Shown one piece after another: positions 36,385 to 45,671 of a DNA stretch of 64,000 nt. The translations under genes were made by a program, and so were the position numbers. Under the pieces are notes generated by a model. It was not told the origin of the DNA. It worked only from the letters and a program-made list of their open reading frames with translations, and did no database searches. The DNA is from an uncultured Enterobacterales bacterium (GTDB taxonomy: Bacteria; Pseudomonadota; Gammaproteobacteria; Enterobacterales; Succinivibrionaceae): the NCBI GenBank assembly GCA_964520475.1, contig CAZFNS010000004.1:12655-76654 (forward strand), in the 5' to 3' direction. Numbering within the stretch: the stretch's first letter is position 1; every line of letters starts with the position of its first letter.

Positions 36385-36952
36385 CTTTCAAACAACCTCT
36401 CAGGACCCGCCCCGTCAGGCCGTCCACGATTACGCTCGGGGAATTCCGGCCGTCCGTGGGGCCGCGCACCGTCAGATCGACGGCGCCGCCGAACCGCGCG
36501 GCCGCCTGCCCGTACTCCCCGGCCGGGGGCTCCCCGCTGACGTTGAGGCTCGTGGACACCAGGGCGCCGCCGAAGGCCGCGCACAGGGCCCGCACCACGG
36601 GATGGGCGCTTACCCGGCAGGCTATCGAGTCCCGGCCGCCGGTGAGCAGATCCGGGAGTCCGGCCCGCGCCGGCAGGACGATGGTGACGGGGCCGGGCCA
36701 GTACCGGGCGGCGAGCTCCCGGCAGCGCCGGTTGAACCTCGTCTCGTCCGCGTAGGGCCGCAGCTGCTCCGCCGCCGCGGCGACCAGGATGAGCCCCTTT
36801 TCCGGGGCCCGGTTCTTAAGCCGCAGGATCCGCGCCAGGGCGCCGGCGTCCGCGGGATCGCACCCCAGGCCGTAAACCGATTCCGTGGGATAGGCGACGA
36901 CCCCGCCGCGGCGCAGCGCCCCGGCGGCCGCGGCGATCTCGGCGGCGTCCAC
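36377..36952 (-). CDS. tsaC: L-threonylcarbamoyladenylate synthase type 1
   Basis: The product is 191 aa with a GTG start. The sequence ...[16 protein letters not shown]...[13 protein letters not shown]...WPGPVT...STSLNVSG matches E. coli TsaC/YrdC. The gene is adjacent to aroE as in E. coli. Confidence 0.85.
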   Translation of the reverse strand: MDAAEIAAAAGALRRGGVVAYPTESVYGLGCDPADAGALARILRLKNRAPEKGLILVAAAAEQLRPYADETRFNRRCRELAARYWPGPVTIVLPARAGLPDLLTGGRDSIACRVSAHPVVRALCAAFGGALVSTSLNVSGEPPAGEYGQAAARFGGAVDLTVRGPTDGRNSPSVIVDGLTGRVLRGCLKDG

Positions 36953-36958
36953 GGCCGG

Positions 36959-37459
36959 TCAGTCCCCGCCCCTCAGAGCCCGGTCCTTGGCCCGGACGCC
37001 CTCGGCCGCCTTAAGGCGCTGCTCCCGGATCCGCCCGGCGAGCTCCGGATCGGACACAGCCAGAATCTGCGCGGCGAGGAAACCCGCGTTCTTCGCCCCG
37101 GCCTTGCCGACGGCCACGGCGGCGACCGGGATCCCGGCGGGCATCATTACCGTCGAGTACAGCGCGTCGACGCCGTTCAGCGGGCCGCAGTCGACGGGAA
37201 CGCCGATCACGGGCTTCACGGTCAGGGCGGCCACGGCCCCGGCGAGATGGGCGGCGAGGCCGGCGACGCAGACGAACACCCCGCAGCCGCGCCGCTCGGC
37301 GTCGGCCACGTAGGCGCGCGTGTCGTCGGGGGTGCGGTGCGCCGAGGTGATCTTCAGCTCGGCGCCGACGCCGAATTCCCCGAGCACGTCCGCCGCGCTC
37401 CGCGCGAGCGGCAGATCCGAATCCGAACCCATTAAAATCGCAACAAAATTGTCAGACAT
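36959..37459 (-). CDS. purE: N5-carboxyaminoimidazole ribonucleotide mutase
   Basis: The product is 166 aa, ...[12 protein letters not shown]...SAHRTP...AGLAAHLAG...PVIGVP. Confidence 0.92.
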   Translation of the reverse strand: MSDNFVAILMGSDSDLPLARSAADVLGEFGVGAELKITSAHRTPDDTRAYVADAERRGCGVFVCVAGLAAHLAGAVAALTVKPVIGVPVDCGPLNGVDALYSTVMMPAGIPVAAVAVGKAGAKNAGFLAAQILAVSDPELAGRIREQRLKAAEGVRAKDRALRGGD

Positions 37460-37485
37460 TTCCAGGCACCTGTCGTTAAGGGAAC

Positions 37486-37516
37486 AAAAAAGGCCGCCGC
37501 GCCGGACCGCGGCGGC
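37486..37516 (-). terminator. Terminator-like hairpin plus U-tract inside the purE 5' leader
   Basis: The minus strand reads GCCGCCGCG-guccgg-CGCGGCGGC followed by CUUUUUUGUU. It ends about 27 nt before the purE ATG. Confidence 0.5.
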
Positions 37517-37577
37517 TCACGCCAATTCTAGCACAAAACGGTGCCCCGGCGGGGCGCCGCCCGGGAAAAAGCGCGCG

Positions 37578-37604
37578 AAAAAAAGGACGCACCGCGGTGC
37601 GTCC
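37578..37604 (-). terminator. Rho-independent terminator after the TsaP-like gene
   Basis: The minus strand reads GGACGCAC-cgcg-GUGCGUCC followed by UUUUUUU. Confidence 0.6.
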
Positions 37605-37637
37605 TTTCCGGTTGTTTCTTACGTCCGGCCGGCCGGA

Positions 37638-38684
37638 TTACCGGGGCTTGACGGCCAGGAACCCTTCGTGAACCGAAGCGTTGCACTTCATGATCACGGC
37701 CAGGGACACCTCGTCGAAGGTGCGGTACACGAGCACCTGCCCGATGTTGTCGTCCGGCAGCACGTTGTCCGAGGAGGCGATCAGTTTCCTGCCGACGGAA
37801 GCCATGCCGTAGTACTCGACGCTGTCACCGTCGTTGCCGACCAGTCTGGCGCCGTTGCGGGCCACGGTGAACACGTCGCCGACCGAAACGCCGGTCTTGC
37901 TGCCCTTGCCGAGAACGACCGTGTCATACTGACCCGCGACGCCCTGATTGTCATCGTTCCCGAGCGTCACGATGGCCGTGTCGACCGTGGCGGCCTTCGG
38001 CACGAAGTACAGGTTGTAGCCGCTGTCGTCGTTGAGGGGCATGATGTAGTCGCCGGTGGTGACCGCGCTCTTGGACTTCACCAGGTAGGCGTCGTTGAAC
38101 TCGCCCTTCTGCTCGCCGCCGACCAGAACCCCGACGTACTCGGCGCGGTAGCCGACCTTGTCGCCGTTATCGTTTCTGATGACCTTGCCCTTGTGGTACA
38201 CGCCGTACTGCTGGCCCTTGTTGAGGCTGCCCTTGACGAAGACGCCCCCGGTCTCGGCGAAGATGCGGCGCTCCTCGTTGTTGCCGGCGACGAACGGCAG
38301 GCTGTCGAGCGCGTCCGAGTCATACGGCAGCAGGAGGTCGTTTCTCAGGAACGTCTTGACGGTCTCGGCGTCGATGGTCGGAACGGGAGATTCCTTCTGA
38401 ACCGTGGCCTCGCGCTTTACGTAAGGCTTGCCGTCGATCCATACCAGGGTGAGCACGTCGCCGGGATAAATCCAGTGCGGGTCGTCAATCTGGGGGTTGA
38501 CATTCCAGATCTTGGGCCAGTACCAGGGTTTCTTCAGGAATTTTCCTGAAATGTCCCAAAGAGTATCGCCCTTCTGAACCACGTATTTGGTAGGATGATT
38601 CTCATTAACTTCCAAGGTATCGGCCATCGATGCTGCAGCTAACAGCGCTGAAGCAACAAAAATTCCTATTTTCTTAAGTATCAT
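37638..38684 (-). CDS. LysM-domain periplasmic protein, TsaP-like
   Basis: The product is 348 aa. It has the signal peptide MILKKIGIFVASALLAAASMA and the LysM motif YVVQKGDTLWDISGKFLKKPWYWPKIW. The gene is adjacent and divergent to def, like the Pseudomonas LysM/TsaP gene. Confidence 0.7.
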   Translation of the reverse strand: MILKKIGIFVASALLAAASMADTLEVNENHPTKYVVQKGDTLWDISGKFLKKPWYWPKIWNVNPQIDDPHWIYPGDVLTLVWIDGKPYVKREATVQKESPVPTIDAETVKTFLRNDLLLPYDSDALDSLPFVAGNNEERRIFAETGGVFVKGSLNKGQQYGVYHKGKVIRNDNGDKVGYRAEYVGVLVGGEQKGEFNDAYLVKSKSAVTTGDYIMPLNDDSGYNLYFVPKAATVDTAIVTLGNDDNQGVAGQYDTVVLGKGSKTGVSVGDVFTVARNGARLVGNDGDSVEYYGMASVGRKLIASSDNVLPDDNIGQVLVYRTFDEVSLAVIMKCNASVHEGFLAVKPR

Positions 38685-38726
38685 ACGGATCCCTGCTACT
38701 TTTATTCAGTCCATGCCGCACAAATC

Positions 38727-38735
38727 ATCATATCA
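38727..38735 (-). promoter_or_regulatory. Candidate extended -10 promoter (TGaTATGAT) for the TsaP-like gene
   Basis: The minus strand reads ttcTGaTATGATgat about 45 nt upstream of the ATG. An AGGGA Shine-Dalgarno sequence follows. Confidence 0.35.
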
Positions 38736-39062
38736 GAATTTTGTGCGATTCTCTCTCCAGTCATCTGCATTCCGGCATTATTTCTGTCAATGTATGGCAT
38801 CAACCCAATCCTGCAGGATCACTAAAATGACTCCAATTTAATCATAGTATTAATTAGATTAAGTTCTCACGGCGTTTGTAGCAATAAATACTAGTTTTTT
38901 TTAAATTGCTGATCACAATTTAACATCAAAAAGGCCGGGGGCCGGCGCGAGTTTTTTCGCGGCGCCCCCGCCGGGGCGCGGCGCGCCCGCGGGCGGAGGC
39001 CCCGCCCGCCCGCGCTCCCGGCCGCGCGCCGCGCCCGTTTATGGACGGTCCGGGGCCGGTTG

Positions 39063-39071
39063 TGCTAAAAT
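39063..39071 (+). promoter_or_regulatory. Candidate extended -10 promoter (TGcTAAAAT) for def-fmt-rsmB-trkA
   Basis: A gtTGTGcTAAAATga lies about 95 nt upstream of the def ATG. It is followed by a GC-rich leader hairpin. Confidence 0.4.
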
Positions 39072-39163
39072 GAAAGTTCCCGGAGCGCCGGCGGCGTTCC
39101 GGCGCCGCCGCGCGCGGATCCGCGGCGGCGGTCTCATTTAACCGAGGGAGCCCCGGCAGACTC

Positions 39164-39703
39164 ATGGCCATAATGGAACTGTTATACTACCCCGACGACA
39201 GGCTGCGCCGCGTTGCCCGGCCCGTCGAAGAGTTCGGCGGCGCCCTGAAAACCCTGATCGCGGACATGTTCGAAACCATGTACGCCGACGAGGGCATCGG
39301 CCTGGCCGCCCCGCAGGTCGGCGTCCCGCTGCGGGCGGTGGTCGTCGACGTCGTCGGCGAGCGGCGCGAAACGGACATGCTCGCGCTCGTGAACCCCGAG
39401 ATCGTCGCCCGCGAGGGCACGGCGGGCATCGACGAGGGCTGCCTGTCGGTCCCGGGGATCAAGGGGCACGTGGACCGCGCCGAAAAAATCACCGTCCGGG
39501 CCCGCGACGCGGACGGCAAAGCTGTTGAGATAAACGCGGACGGCCTCCTCGCGATCTGCCTGCAGCACGAACTCGATCATCTGGACGGCAGGCTGTTCAT
39601 CGACTACCTCTCCCCCCTCAAAAGGAACATGTACCGCGCGAAGGCGAAGCGCCTCGCCCGGGAGCGGGAAAGGGAAAAGCCCGGGAACGGCCCCTCCCGC
39701 TGA
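39164..39703 (+). CDS. def: Peptide deformylase
   Basis: The product is 179 aa with ...GIGLAAPQVG..., EGCLSVPG and HELDHLDG. Confidence 0.93.
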   Translation: MAIMELLYYPDDRLRRVARPVEEFGGALKTLIADMFETMYADEGIGLAAPQVGVPLRAVVVDVVGERRETDMLALVNPEIVAREGTAGIDEGCLSVPGIKGHVDRAEKITVRARDADGKAVEINADGLLAICLQHELDHLDGRLFIDYLSPLKRNMYRAKAKRLAREREREKPGNGPSR

Positions 39704-39730
39704 CATCGCCATGACAAGGAGCGCCGCGAC

Positions 39731-40672
39731 ATGAAGATAATTTTCGCCGGAACCCCCGATTTCGCCGCGGTTCACCTCGACGCGCTCATACGCCGCGGCG
39801 CCGACGTCCGCGCCGCGTTCACCCGGCCCGACCGCCCCCGGGGGCGCGGGCACCGCCCTTCCCCCTCCCCGGTGGCGGAGGCCGCGCTCGCCGCGGGCAT
39901 CCCCGTTTACCGGCCCGCGACCCTGCGGAACAATCCCGAAGCCGTCCGGCTGATTAAGGACCTGGGCGCGGATCTGCTGATCGTGGTCGCCTACGGACTG
40001 ATCCTGCCCGACGAAATCATCGCCGCCCCCCGCTTGGGGACGATCAACGTGCACGCGTCGCTCCTGCCGCGCTGGCGGGGCGCCGCGCCGATCCAGCGGG
40101 CGCTGTGGGCGGGCGACGAGCGCACGGGCGTGACCCTCATGAAGGTCGCCCGCGAGGTCGACGCCGGCGACGTCATCGCGGCGGCGGAGCTCGGGATCGA
40201 ACCGGACGACACCGCGGAATCGCTTTCCCGCAAACTGGCCGAGCTCGGGGCCGGGCTCCTCGCGGACTCGCTGCCGGACATCGGAAACCTGATCGCGCGG
40301 GCCGTCCCGCAGGATCCGGCGCTCGCGACCGCGGCCGCCAAACTGACGCGGGAGGAGGCGTTCCTCGATTTTTCCCTGGAACCGCGCGTCCTCGCCCGGC
40401 GCGTGCGGGCCTACCTCCCCTGGCCGGTGGCGCGTTTCACGCTCGGCGGCGCGACCGTGCTGGTCCACGGGGCGGAGGATCCGGGCGTGCCCTGCCGCGT
40501 GCCCCCGGGCCTCATCGTGAAGGCGGACCGGGAAGGCCTCGACGTCGCCGCGGGCGGGGGGATCCTCCGGATCACCCGGGCGCAGCTGCCCGGCAAAAAA
40601 ATCATGAGTTTCGGCGAGCTGCTCAACTCGCGGAAAGAAATGTTCGCCCCGGGCGGGAAGGCCGGCTCATGA
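39731..40672 (+). CDS. fmt: Methionyl-tRNA formyltransferase
   Basis: The product is 313 aa, MKIIFAGTPDFA...NVHASLLPRWRGAAPIQRA. Confidence 0.93.
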   Translation: MKIIFAGTPDFAAVHLDALIRRGADVRAAFTRPDRPRGRGHRPSPSPVAEAALAAGIPVYRPATLRNNPEAVRLIKDLGADLLIVVAYGLILPDEIIAAPRLGTINVHASLLPRWRGAAPIQRALWAGDERTGVTLMKVAREVDAGDVIAAAELGIEPDDTAESLSRKLAELGAGLLADSLPDIGNLIARAVPQDPALATAAAKLTREEAFLDFSLEPRVLARRVRAYLPWPVARFTLGGATVLVHGAEDPGVPCRVPPGLIVKADREGLDVAAGGGILRITRAQLPGKKIMSFGELLNSRKEMFAPGGKAGS

Positions 40673-42003
40673 CCCGGGCCCGGAACCCGCGGGAGGCCGC
40701 GGCGGAGGTCCTGGCCGGGACGCTGGACGAAAGGCGCCCGCCCGGCCCCGCCCTGAAAAAGCTGGGCGGGGAGATGTCCCCCGAAGACGCGGCCTTCCTG
40801 CGGGAGCTGGTCTTCGGCGTGCTGCGCCGCCGCCTTTTCCTCGAGGGGATCGTCGGCGCCCTGGCCGCGCGCCCGCTCCGGCGGAAGGCGCTCCGGGCGC
40901 GGCTCGCGATCCTGGCGGGCCTTTATCAGATCGCCTTCCTCGGCACCCCCGCCCACGCGGCGGTCAGCGAAACGGTGAACGCGGTGGCCGGGCTGGGCTT
41001 CCCGGAGCTGCGGGGTTTCGCCAACGCGATCCTGCGCGGCTACCTGCGCGGCCGGGAGGAGATCGACCGGAAGCTCAACGCCTCGCCCGAAACCCGCTAT
41101 TCCTTCCCCGGCTGGCTGATAAGCGACCTCGCGGAAGCGTGGGGAGACGAGCTCGAGCCGATCCTCGAGGCGTCGAACGCGCGGCCCCCCTTCACCGTCC
41201 GGGTGAACCCGCGCCTCTGCCCGCCGGAACGGTACGCCGCCCTGCTCGCGGCGCGGGGGCTTTCCGCCCGTCCCGTCCCCGGGGCGCCCGCGGCGCTCGT
41301 CGTGTCGCCGCCGGTAAACGCCGCGGAACTGCCGCTTTTCGCGGAGGGGGCCGTGTTCGTCCAGGACGCGGCGGCCCAGCTCGCCGCGCCCCTGCTCGAT
41401 CCCCGGCCCGGGGAGGCGATCCTGGACGCCTGCGCGGCGCCCGGCGGCAAGACCACGCACATCCTCGAGCTGTGCCCCGGCGCGGACGTGGTCGCCGCGG
41501 ACGCCGACGCGGACCGCCTCGCGCTTCTTTCCGCCAATCTGCGCCGGCTCGGACAGAAGGCGGAGGTCGTGAGGGCGGACGCGGCGGATCCCGATCTGTC
41601 CTGGAGCCCCCGCGCGGCCTACGACAAAATCCTGATCGACGCCCCCTGCTCGGCGACGGGGGTCATCAGGAGGCATCCCGACGTCAAATGGCTCAGAACC
41701 CCGGGGGAAATCGCCGCCATAGCCGGGGTCCAGCGGAAAATACTGGAAAACATGTGGCGTTTATTGAAGCCGGGTGGCATTATGATTTATGCGACGTGCT
41801 CGATTGAGCCCCGCGAGAACTCGCTGCAGATTGAAAATTTTCTGGCGCGGCACCCGGACTGCGCCCCCGTCCCCCTCGCCCCGGACGGCGCCCCCGCGCG
41901 CCCGGGGCTGCAGATTCTGCCGGGGCGGAACGGCATGGACGGCTTTTTCTACGCGAAGCTCGCCAAGTCCGTCCGGGATTTGAAACGGGAAGACAGCCTA
42001 TGA
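40669..42003 (+). CDS. rsmB: 16S rRNA (cytosine967-C5)-methyltransferase
   Basis: The track ORF 40105..42003 is an artefactual extension through fmt. The real start is the ATG at 40669, where ATGA overlaps the fmt stop. It has a NusB-like N-terminus, then ...DACAAPGGKTTH...DAPCSATGVIRRHPD...YATCS. Confidence 0.9.
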   Translation: MTRARNPREAAAEVLAGTLDERRPPGPALKKLGGEMSPEDAAFLRELVFGVLRRRLFLEGIVGALAARPLRRKALRARLAILAGLYQIAFLGTPAHAAVSETVNAVAGLGFPELRGFANAILRGYLRGREEIDRKLNASPETRYSFPGWLISDLAEAWGDELEPILEASNARPPFTVRVNPRLCPPERYAALLAARGLSARPVPGAPAALVVSPPVNAAELPLFAEGAVFVQDAAAQLAAPLLDPRPGEAILDACAAPGGKTTHILELCPGADVVAADADADRLALLSANLRRLGQKAEVVRADAADPDLSWSPRAAYDKILIDAPCSATGVIRRHPDVKWLRTPGEIAAIAGVQRKILENMWRLLKPGGIMIYATCSIEPRENSLQIENFLARHPDCAPVPLAPDGAPARPGLQILPGRNGMDGFFYAKLAKSVRDLKREDSL

Positions 42004-43406
42004 AGATCATCATTTTGGGCGCGGGACAGGTCGGCTCCGGCCTGGTCGAGTACCTGGTCAACGAGAACAACGAAATCACCCTGGTCGACAACAAGTACGA
42101 GCGCCTCCAGCAGATCAAGAACCGGTTCGACATCAAGGTCGTGCAGGGCTGCGGCACCTACCCCGCCACGCTGCGGAGCGCCGACGCCGACAACGCGGAT
42201 CTGATCGTGGCGGTGACGGACTCGGACGAGATCAACATGCTCGCCTGCCAGCTCGGCTACTCCCTGTTCAAAATCCCCCAGAAAATCGCCCGCATCCTCA
42301 ACCACGACTACCTGGCCGACAAGGATCTGCTGTTCGCGGACCGGGCCATCCCGGTGGACAACATCATCGCCCCGGAGAACCTGGTGATGCTCGAGATCGA
42401 AAAGCTCATCGAGTACCCGGGGGTCACCCAGATCGCCGAGTTCGCCACCGGGAAGCTGTGCATGGCGGCGGCCGTCGCCTACTACGGCGGCACGCTGGTC
42501 GGCTACCCGGTGGGCGGGCTGAAGAAGTTCCTCGGCAGCGCCGTCGCCAAAATCGTGGCCGTCTACCGGCAGGGCCGGCTGATCTCCGTCACCGACAGCA
42601 CGATCATCGAGGCGGACGACGAGGTCTACTTCATCGCGGCCAAGGGGCACGTGCGGCTGGTGATCTCGGCCCTGCAGAAGCTGGAGCTGCCGTACCGGCG
42701 GATCATGATCATCGGCGGGGACAACATCGGCAAGGAGCTGGCCCTCGCCGTCAGCGGCCGCTACAGCGTCAAGCTCATCGAAACGAGCCAGAAGCGCGCC
42801 AAGGCCCTCGCCGACGAGTTCGACAAGACCTCGGTGGAGGTGTACTGCTCCGACCCGTCCGACCAGAACTTCCTGACGGAGGAGCACGTGGACATGATGG
42901 ACCTCGTCATTTCCGTGACCGACAGCGACGAGACGAACGTGATGTCCGCCCTGCTCGCCAAGAAGCTCGGGGCCAAAAAGGCGATCGTCATGATCCAGAA
43001 GTACGCCTACATCAACCTGCTATCCAACAACGCCATCGACATTTACATCTCCCCGGGGGACGCCACCATCTCGGCGCTGCTCACCAACATCCGCCGCAAC
43101 GGCATCACCAGCGTCAAAACGCTCAAGCACGGCCTCGCCGAGGCCCTGGAGATCAAACTCGCCGGCGACCGGGAGCACAGCAGCGTCATCGGCCGGAGCA
43201 TCCGCGAGATCAGGCTCCCGGCCGGCATCACCCTCTGCGCCCTCGCCCGGGGCGACGAGGTGATCGTCCCCGACGACCGGACCGTGCTGCAGAGCGGCGA
43301 CACGGCGGTGTTTTTCGTGTCGGAGAAGAGAAACATCAGGGATCTGATAAAGCTCACCGCCCCGAAGGCGACTTACTTCGGCGGCGCGGAGCGCGGGGAA
43401 GACTGA
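42000..43406 (+). CDS. trkA: Trk potassium uptake system NAD-binding protein TrkA
   Basis: The product is 468 aa with two RCK/KTN halves (MKIIILGAGQVGSGL... and IMIIGGDNIGKEL...). ATGA overlaps rsmB. Confidence 0.93.
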   Translation: MKIIILGAGQVGSGLVEYLVNENNEITLVDNKYERLQQIKNRFDIKVVQGCGTYPATLRSADADNADLIVAVTDSDEINMLACQLGYSLFKIPQKIARILNHDYLADKDLLFADRAIPVDNIIAPENLVMLEIEKLIEYPGVTQIAEFATGKLCMAAAVAYYGGTLVGYPVGGLKKFLGSAVAKIVAVYRQGRLISVTDSTIIEADDEVYFIAAKGHVRLVISALQKLELPYRRIMIIGGDNIGKELALAVSGRYSVKLIETSQKRAKALADEFDKTSVEVYCSDPSDQNFLTEEHVDMMDLVISVTDSDETNVMSALLAKKLGAKKAIVMIQKYAYINLLSNNAIDIYISPGDATISALLTNIRRNGITSVKTLKHGLAEALEIKLAGDREHSSVIGRSIREIRLPAGITLCALARGDEVIVPDDRTVLQSGDTAVFFVSEKRNIRDLIKLTAPKATYFGGAERGED

Positions 43407-43447
43407 CCTCCCGGGGCTGACGGAGCGGGATCAAGGGGATTACGGCC

Positions 43448-44896
43448 ATGATGATCAATTACAAAATTATCCTATCGTTCCTCGGCAACACCATCATACT
43501 GCTGTCCGCCTTCATGCTCATACCCCTGGTGTACGCGTTCACCACCGTGACCCGGGGCAGCGCGGAGTTCCTCGCGAGCGCCGCGATCGCCCTGGTCGCG
43601 GGCCTGCTGCTCAAGCATTTCTCGCGGAACCACACCCTGACCATGACCATCAAGGACATGTTCCTGTTCACCACCCTGCTCTGGCTGACCATCATCGTCT
43701 TCGCGGCGGTGCCCATCAGCCTGATCATGCGCGCCGACATCCTGACGTCGTGCGTGGAGACGGCGGCGGCCGTTTCCACGTCGGGCAACACGGTCATCGG
43801 CAACGTGGATCTCATTCCCGGATCGGTGCTGCTCTGGCGCTCCATCCTGCAGTACCTCGGGGGCATCGGCTTCATCGCGGTGGGCATCGCGATCCTCCCG
43901 AACCTGAACGTGGGCGGCATGAAGCTGTTCAGCACCGAAAGCTCCAAGGAATCGACCGACCGGGTCATGCCCAAGTCGAAGTCGCTGGCGACGGGCATGC
44001 TCTTCACCTATCTCGGGCTCACCGCCCTCGCGTACGTGGTCTACTACCTGGTGGGCATGAGCTCCTTCGACGCTTTCAACCACGCGCTCACGTCGCTCTC
44101 GACCGGGGGCATGAGCACGCATCAGAACTCCATGAACTATTTCCCCGCGTCCATCCACTGGGCGGTCATCGTCTTCATGTTCCTGGGGGCGCTGCCGTTC
44201 CCGCTGGTGTTCGCGGCCGTGCACGGGCACGCCCGGGATCTGATCGGGGACGCGCAGGTGCGGGCCTTCGTGTGGCTCATCGCCGGGGTTTCCGCGGTTA
44301 CCGCCCTGAGCCTCGTGTTCGCCGAAAACTACCCCGTCGCCGACGCGCTCCGGCTCTCCCTGTTCAACACGGTGAGCGTGCTCTCGACCACCGGGTACGC
44401 GCTGAGCGACTACAGCGCCTACAACGATTTCATCACCCTGCTGTTCTTCTTCATCATCCCGCTCGGCGCCTGCTCGGGATCGACCTCGGGGGGCCTCAAG
44501 ATCTTCCGCCTCCAGATCGGGCTCACGCTCTTCAAACGCCAGATCCGGCAGCTCATGCACCCGGCGGCCATCTTCCCGCAGCGCTACAACAACCAGCCCG
44601 TCACCGACGTCATCATCCGCTCCATCATCACCTTCTTCTGCGCGGGCATCATCATCACCGTCGCGAGCTCCCTGCTGCTGTGCCTGAGCGGCTTCGGCAT
44701 GATCGACGCCCTGTCGGCCACGCTCGCCTGCCTGTCGAACCTCGGCATCGGCATCGGCCCGAACGTCGGCCCGAACGGCGATTTCAGCGTGCTTTCAAAC
44801 TGGCAGAAGATCATCCTCTGTTTCGACATGATTACCGGCCGGCTCGAAGTGCTGACGGTCATCATCTGCTTCATGCCCGGCTTCTGGAAGGTATAG
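43448..44896 (+). CDS. trkH: Trk potassium uptake system membrane protein TrkH
   Basis: The product is a 482-aa polytopic protein with repeated selectivity-filter-like GG motifs. The C-terminus ...GRLEVLTVIICFMPGFWKV resembles E. coli TrkH. Confidence 0.9.
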   Translation: MMINYKIILSFLGNTIILLSAFMLIPLVYAFTTVTRGSAEFLASAAIALVAGLLLKHFSRNHTLTMTIKDMFLFTTLLWLTIIVFAAVPISLIMRADILTSCVETAAAVSTSGNTVIGNVDLIPGSVLLWRSILQYLGGIGFIAVGIAILPNLNVGGMKLFSTESSKESTDRVMPKSKSLATGMLFTYLGLTALAYVVYYLVGMSSFDAFNHALTSLSTGGMSTHQNSMNYFPASIHWAVIVFMFLGALPFPLVFAAVHGHARDLIGDAQVRAFVWLIAGVSAVTALSLVFAENYPVADALRLSLFNTVSVLSTTGYALSDYSAYNDFITLLFFFIIPLGACSGSTSGGLKIFRLQIGLTLFKRQIRQLMHPAAIFPQRYNNQPVTDVIIRSIITFFCAGIIITVASSLLLCLSGFGMIDALSATLACLSNLGIGIGPNVGPNGDFSVLSNWQKIILCFDMITGRLEVLTVIICFMPGFWKV

Positions 44897-45589
44897 CTGC
44901 AGGCGGATCTCCCCGTCCCCGAGAAAATCCGCCGGCGCGAAGGCCCGGACGGGCGCGCCGGTGCGGGGATGGGGGAACGAGAGGAAAAACGCGTGGAGCT
45001 CGAGACGCCCGGTTCCCGGGGTTCCGTACAGCGCGTCGCCGCGCACCGGGTGCCCGAATTCCCGCAGATGGACGCGGATCTGGTGGGTCCGGCCCGTGCG
45101 CGGCTCGAGCACGACGACGGTGTGGCCCCCGGCGCGGTCCCTTTCGACGACCCTGAACAGGGTGAGCGCTTTTTTCCCGCCCGCGTAATCCACCCGCTGC
45201 ACCGGGGCCCCGCGCAGCGCCGACGCGGGCAGATCGCGGCTCAGGGGGTAGTCCAGCGCCCCGCGGTCCGCCGCGACGACGCCCTCGGCGCGGGCGACGT
45301 AAAGCTTCGCCGCCCGCCCGTCCCGGAAAGACGCGCACAGGCGCGCCGCGGCCTCCCGGTTCCTGGCGAACAGGACGATCCCCGAGGTCGCCTCGTCCAG
45401 GCGGTGCGCGGGGACGACGTACGGGCGGCCCGCCCGGAGCCGCTCCGTCAGGGAATCGGAGGAGCGTTTGCCGGGAACCGTGAGCAGGCCCGCGGGCTTG
45501 CCGGCGATCAGGATGTCCCCGTCCTCGTAAAGGACGGCCGGCGCGCCGGCCGGGGGACGGTAAACGTACGTATGCTGCCGATCTGACAT
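44795..45589 (-). CDS. rluA: RluA-family pseudouridine synthase with a C-terminal extension
   Basis: The track ORF was trimmed to the ATG at 45589. The sequence is ...VLYEDGDILIAGKPAGLLTVPG...HRLDEATSGIVLFA...TGRTHQIRVH...FAPADF. E. coli RluA ends at ...KAPADF, whereas this ORF continues for about 42 more codons. Confidence 0.8.
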   Translation of the reverse strand: MSDRQHTYVYRPPAGAPAVLYEDGDILIAGKPAGLLTVPGKRSSDSLTERLRAGRPYVVPAHRLDEATSGIVLFARNREAAARLCASFRDGRAAKLYVARAEGVVAADRGALDYPLSRDLPASALRGAPVQRVDYAGGKKALTLFRVVERDRAGGHTVVVLEPRTGRTHQIRVHLREFGHPVRGDALYGTPGTGRLELHAFFLSFPHPRTGAPVRAFAPADFLGDGEIRLQLYLPEAGHEADDDRQHFEPAGNHVETEDDLLPV

Positions 45590-45671
45590 GGCGGTCCGCG
45601 TCTTCCGCAAAAACAAAAAACCGGGGTTAAGGAAAGAGGAAAGGCCCGCGCCGGCGCGGCGCGGGCCCGTT

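Noticed and set aside
40105-40668. The track gives rsmB a 188-codon N-terminal extension (632-aa ORF).
   Set aside because: The extension overlaps fmt out of frame and is Arg/Gly-rich nonsense. ATG 40669 forms an ATGA junction with the fmt stop and gives a normal NusB-like RsmB N-terminus.
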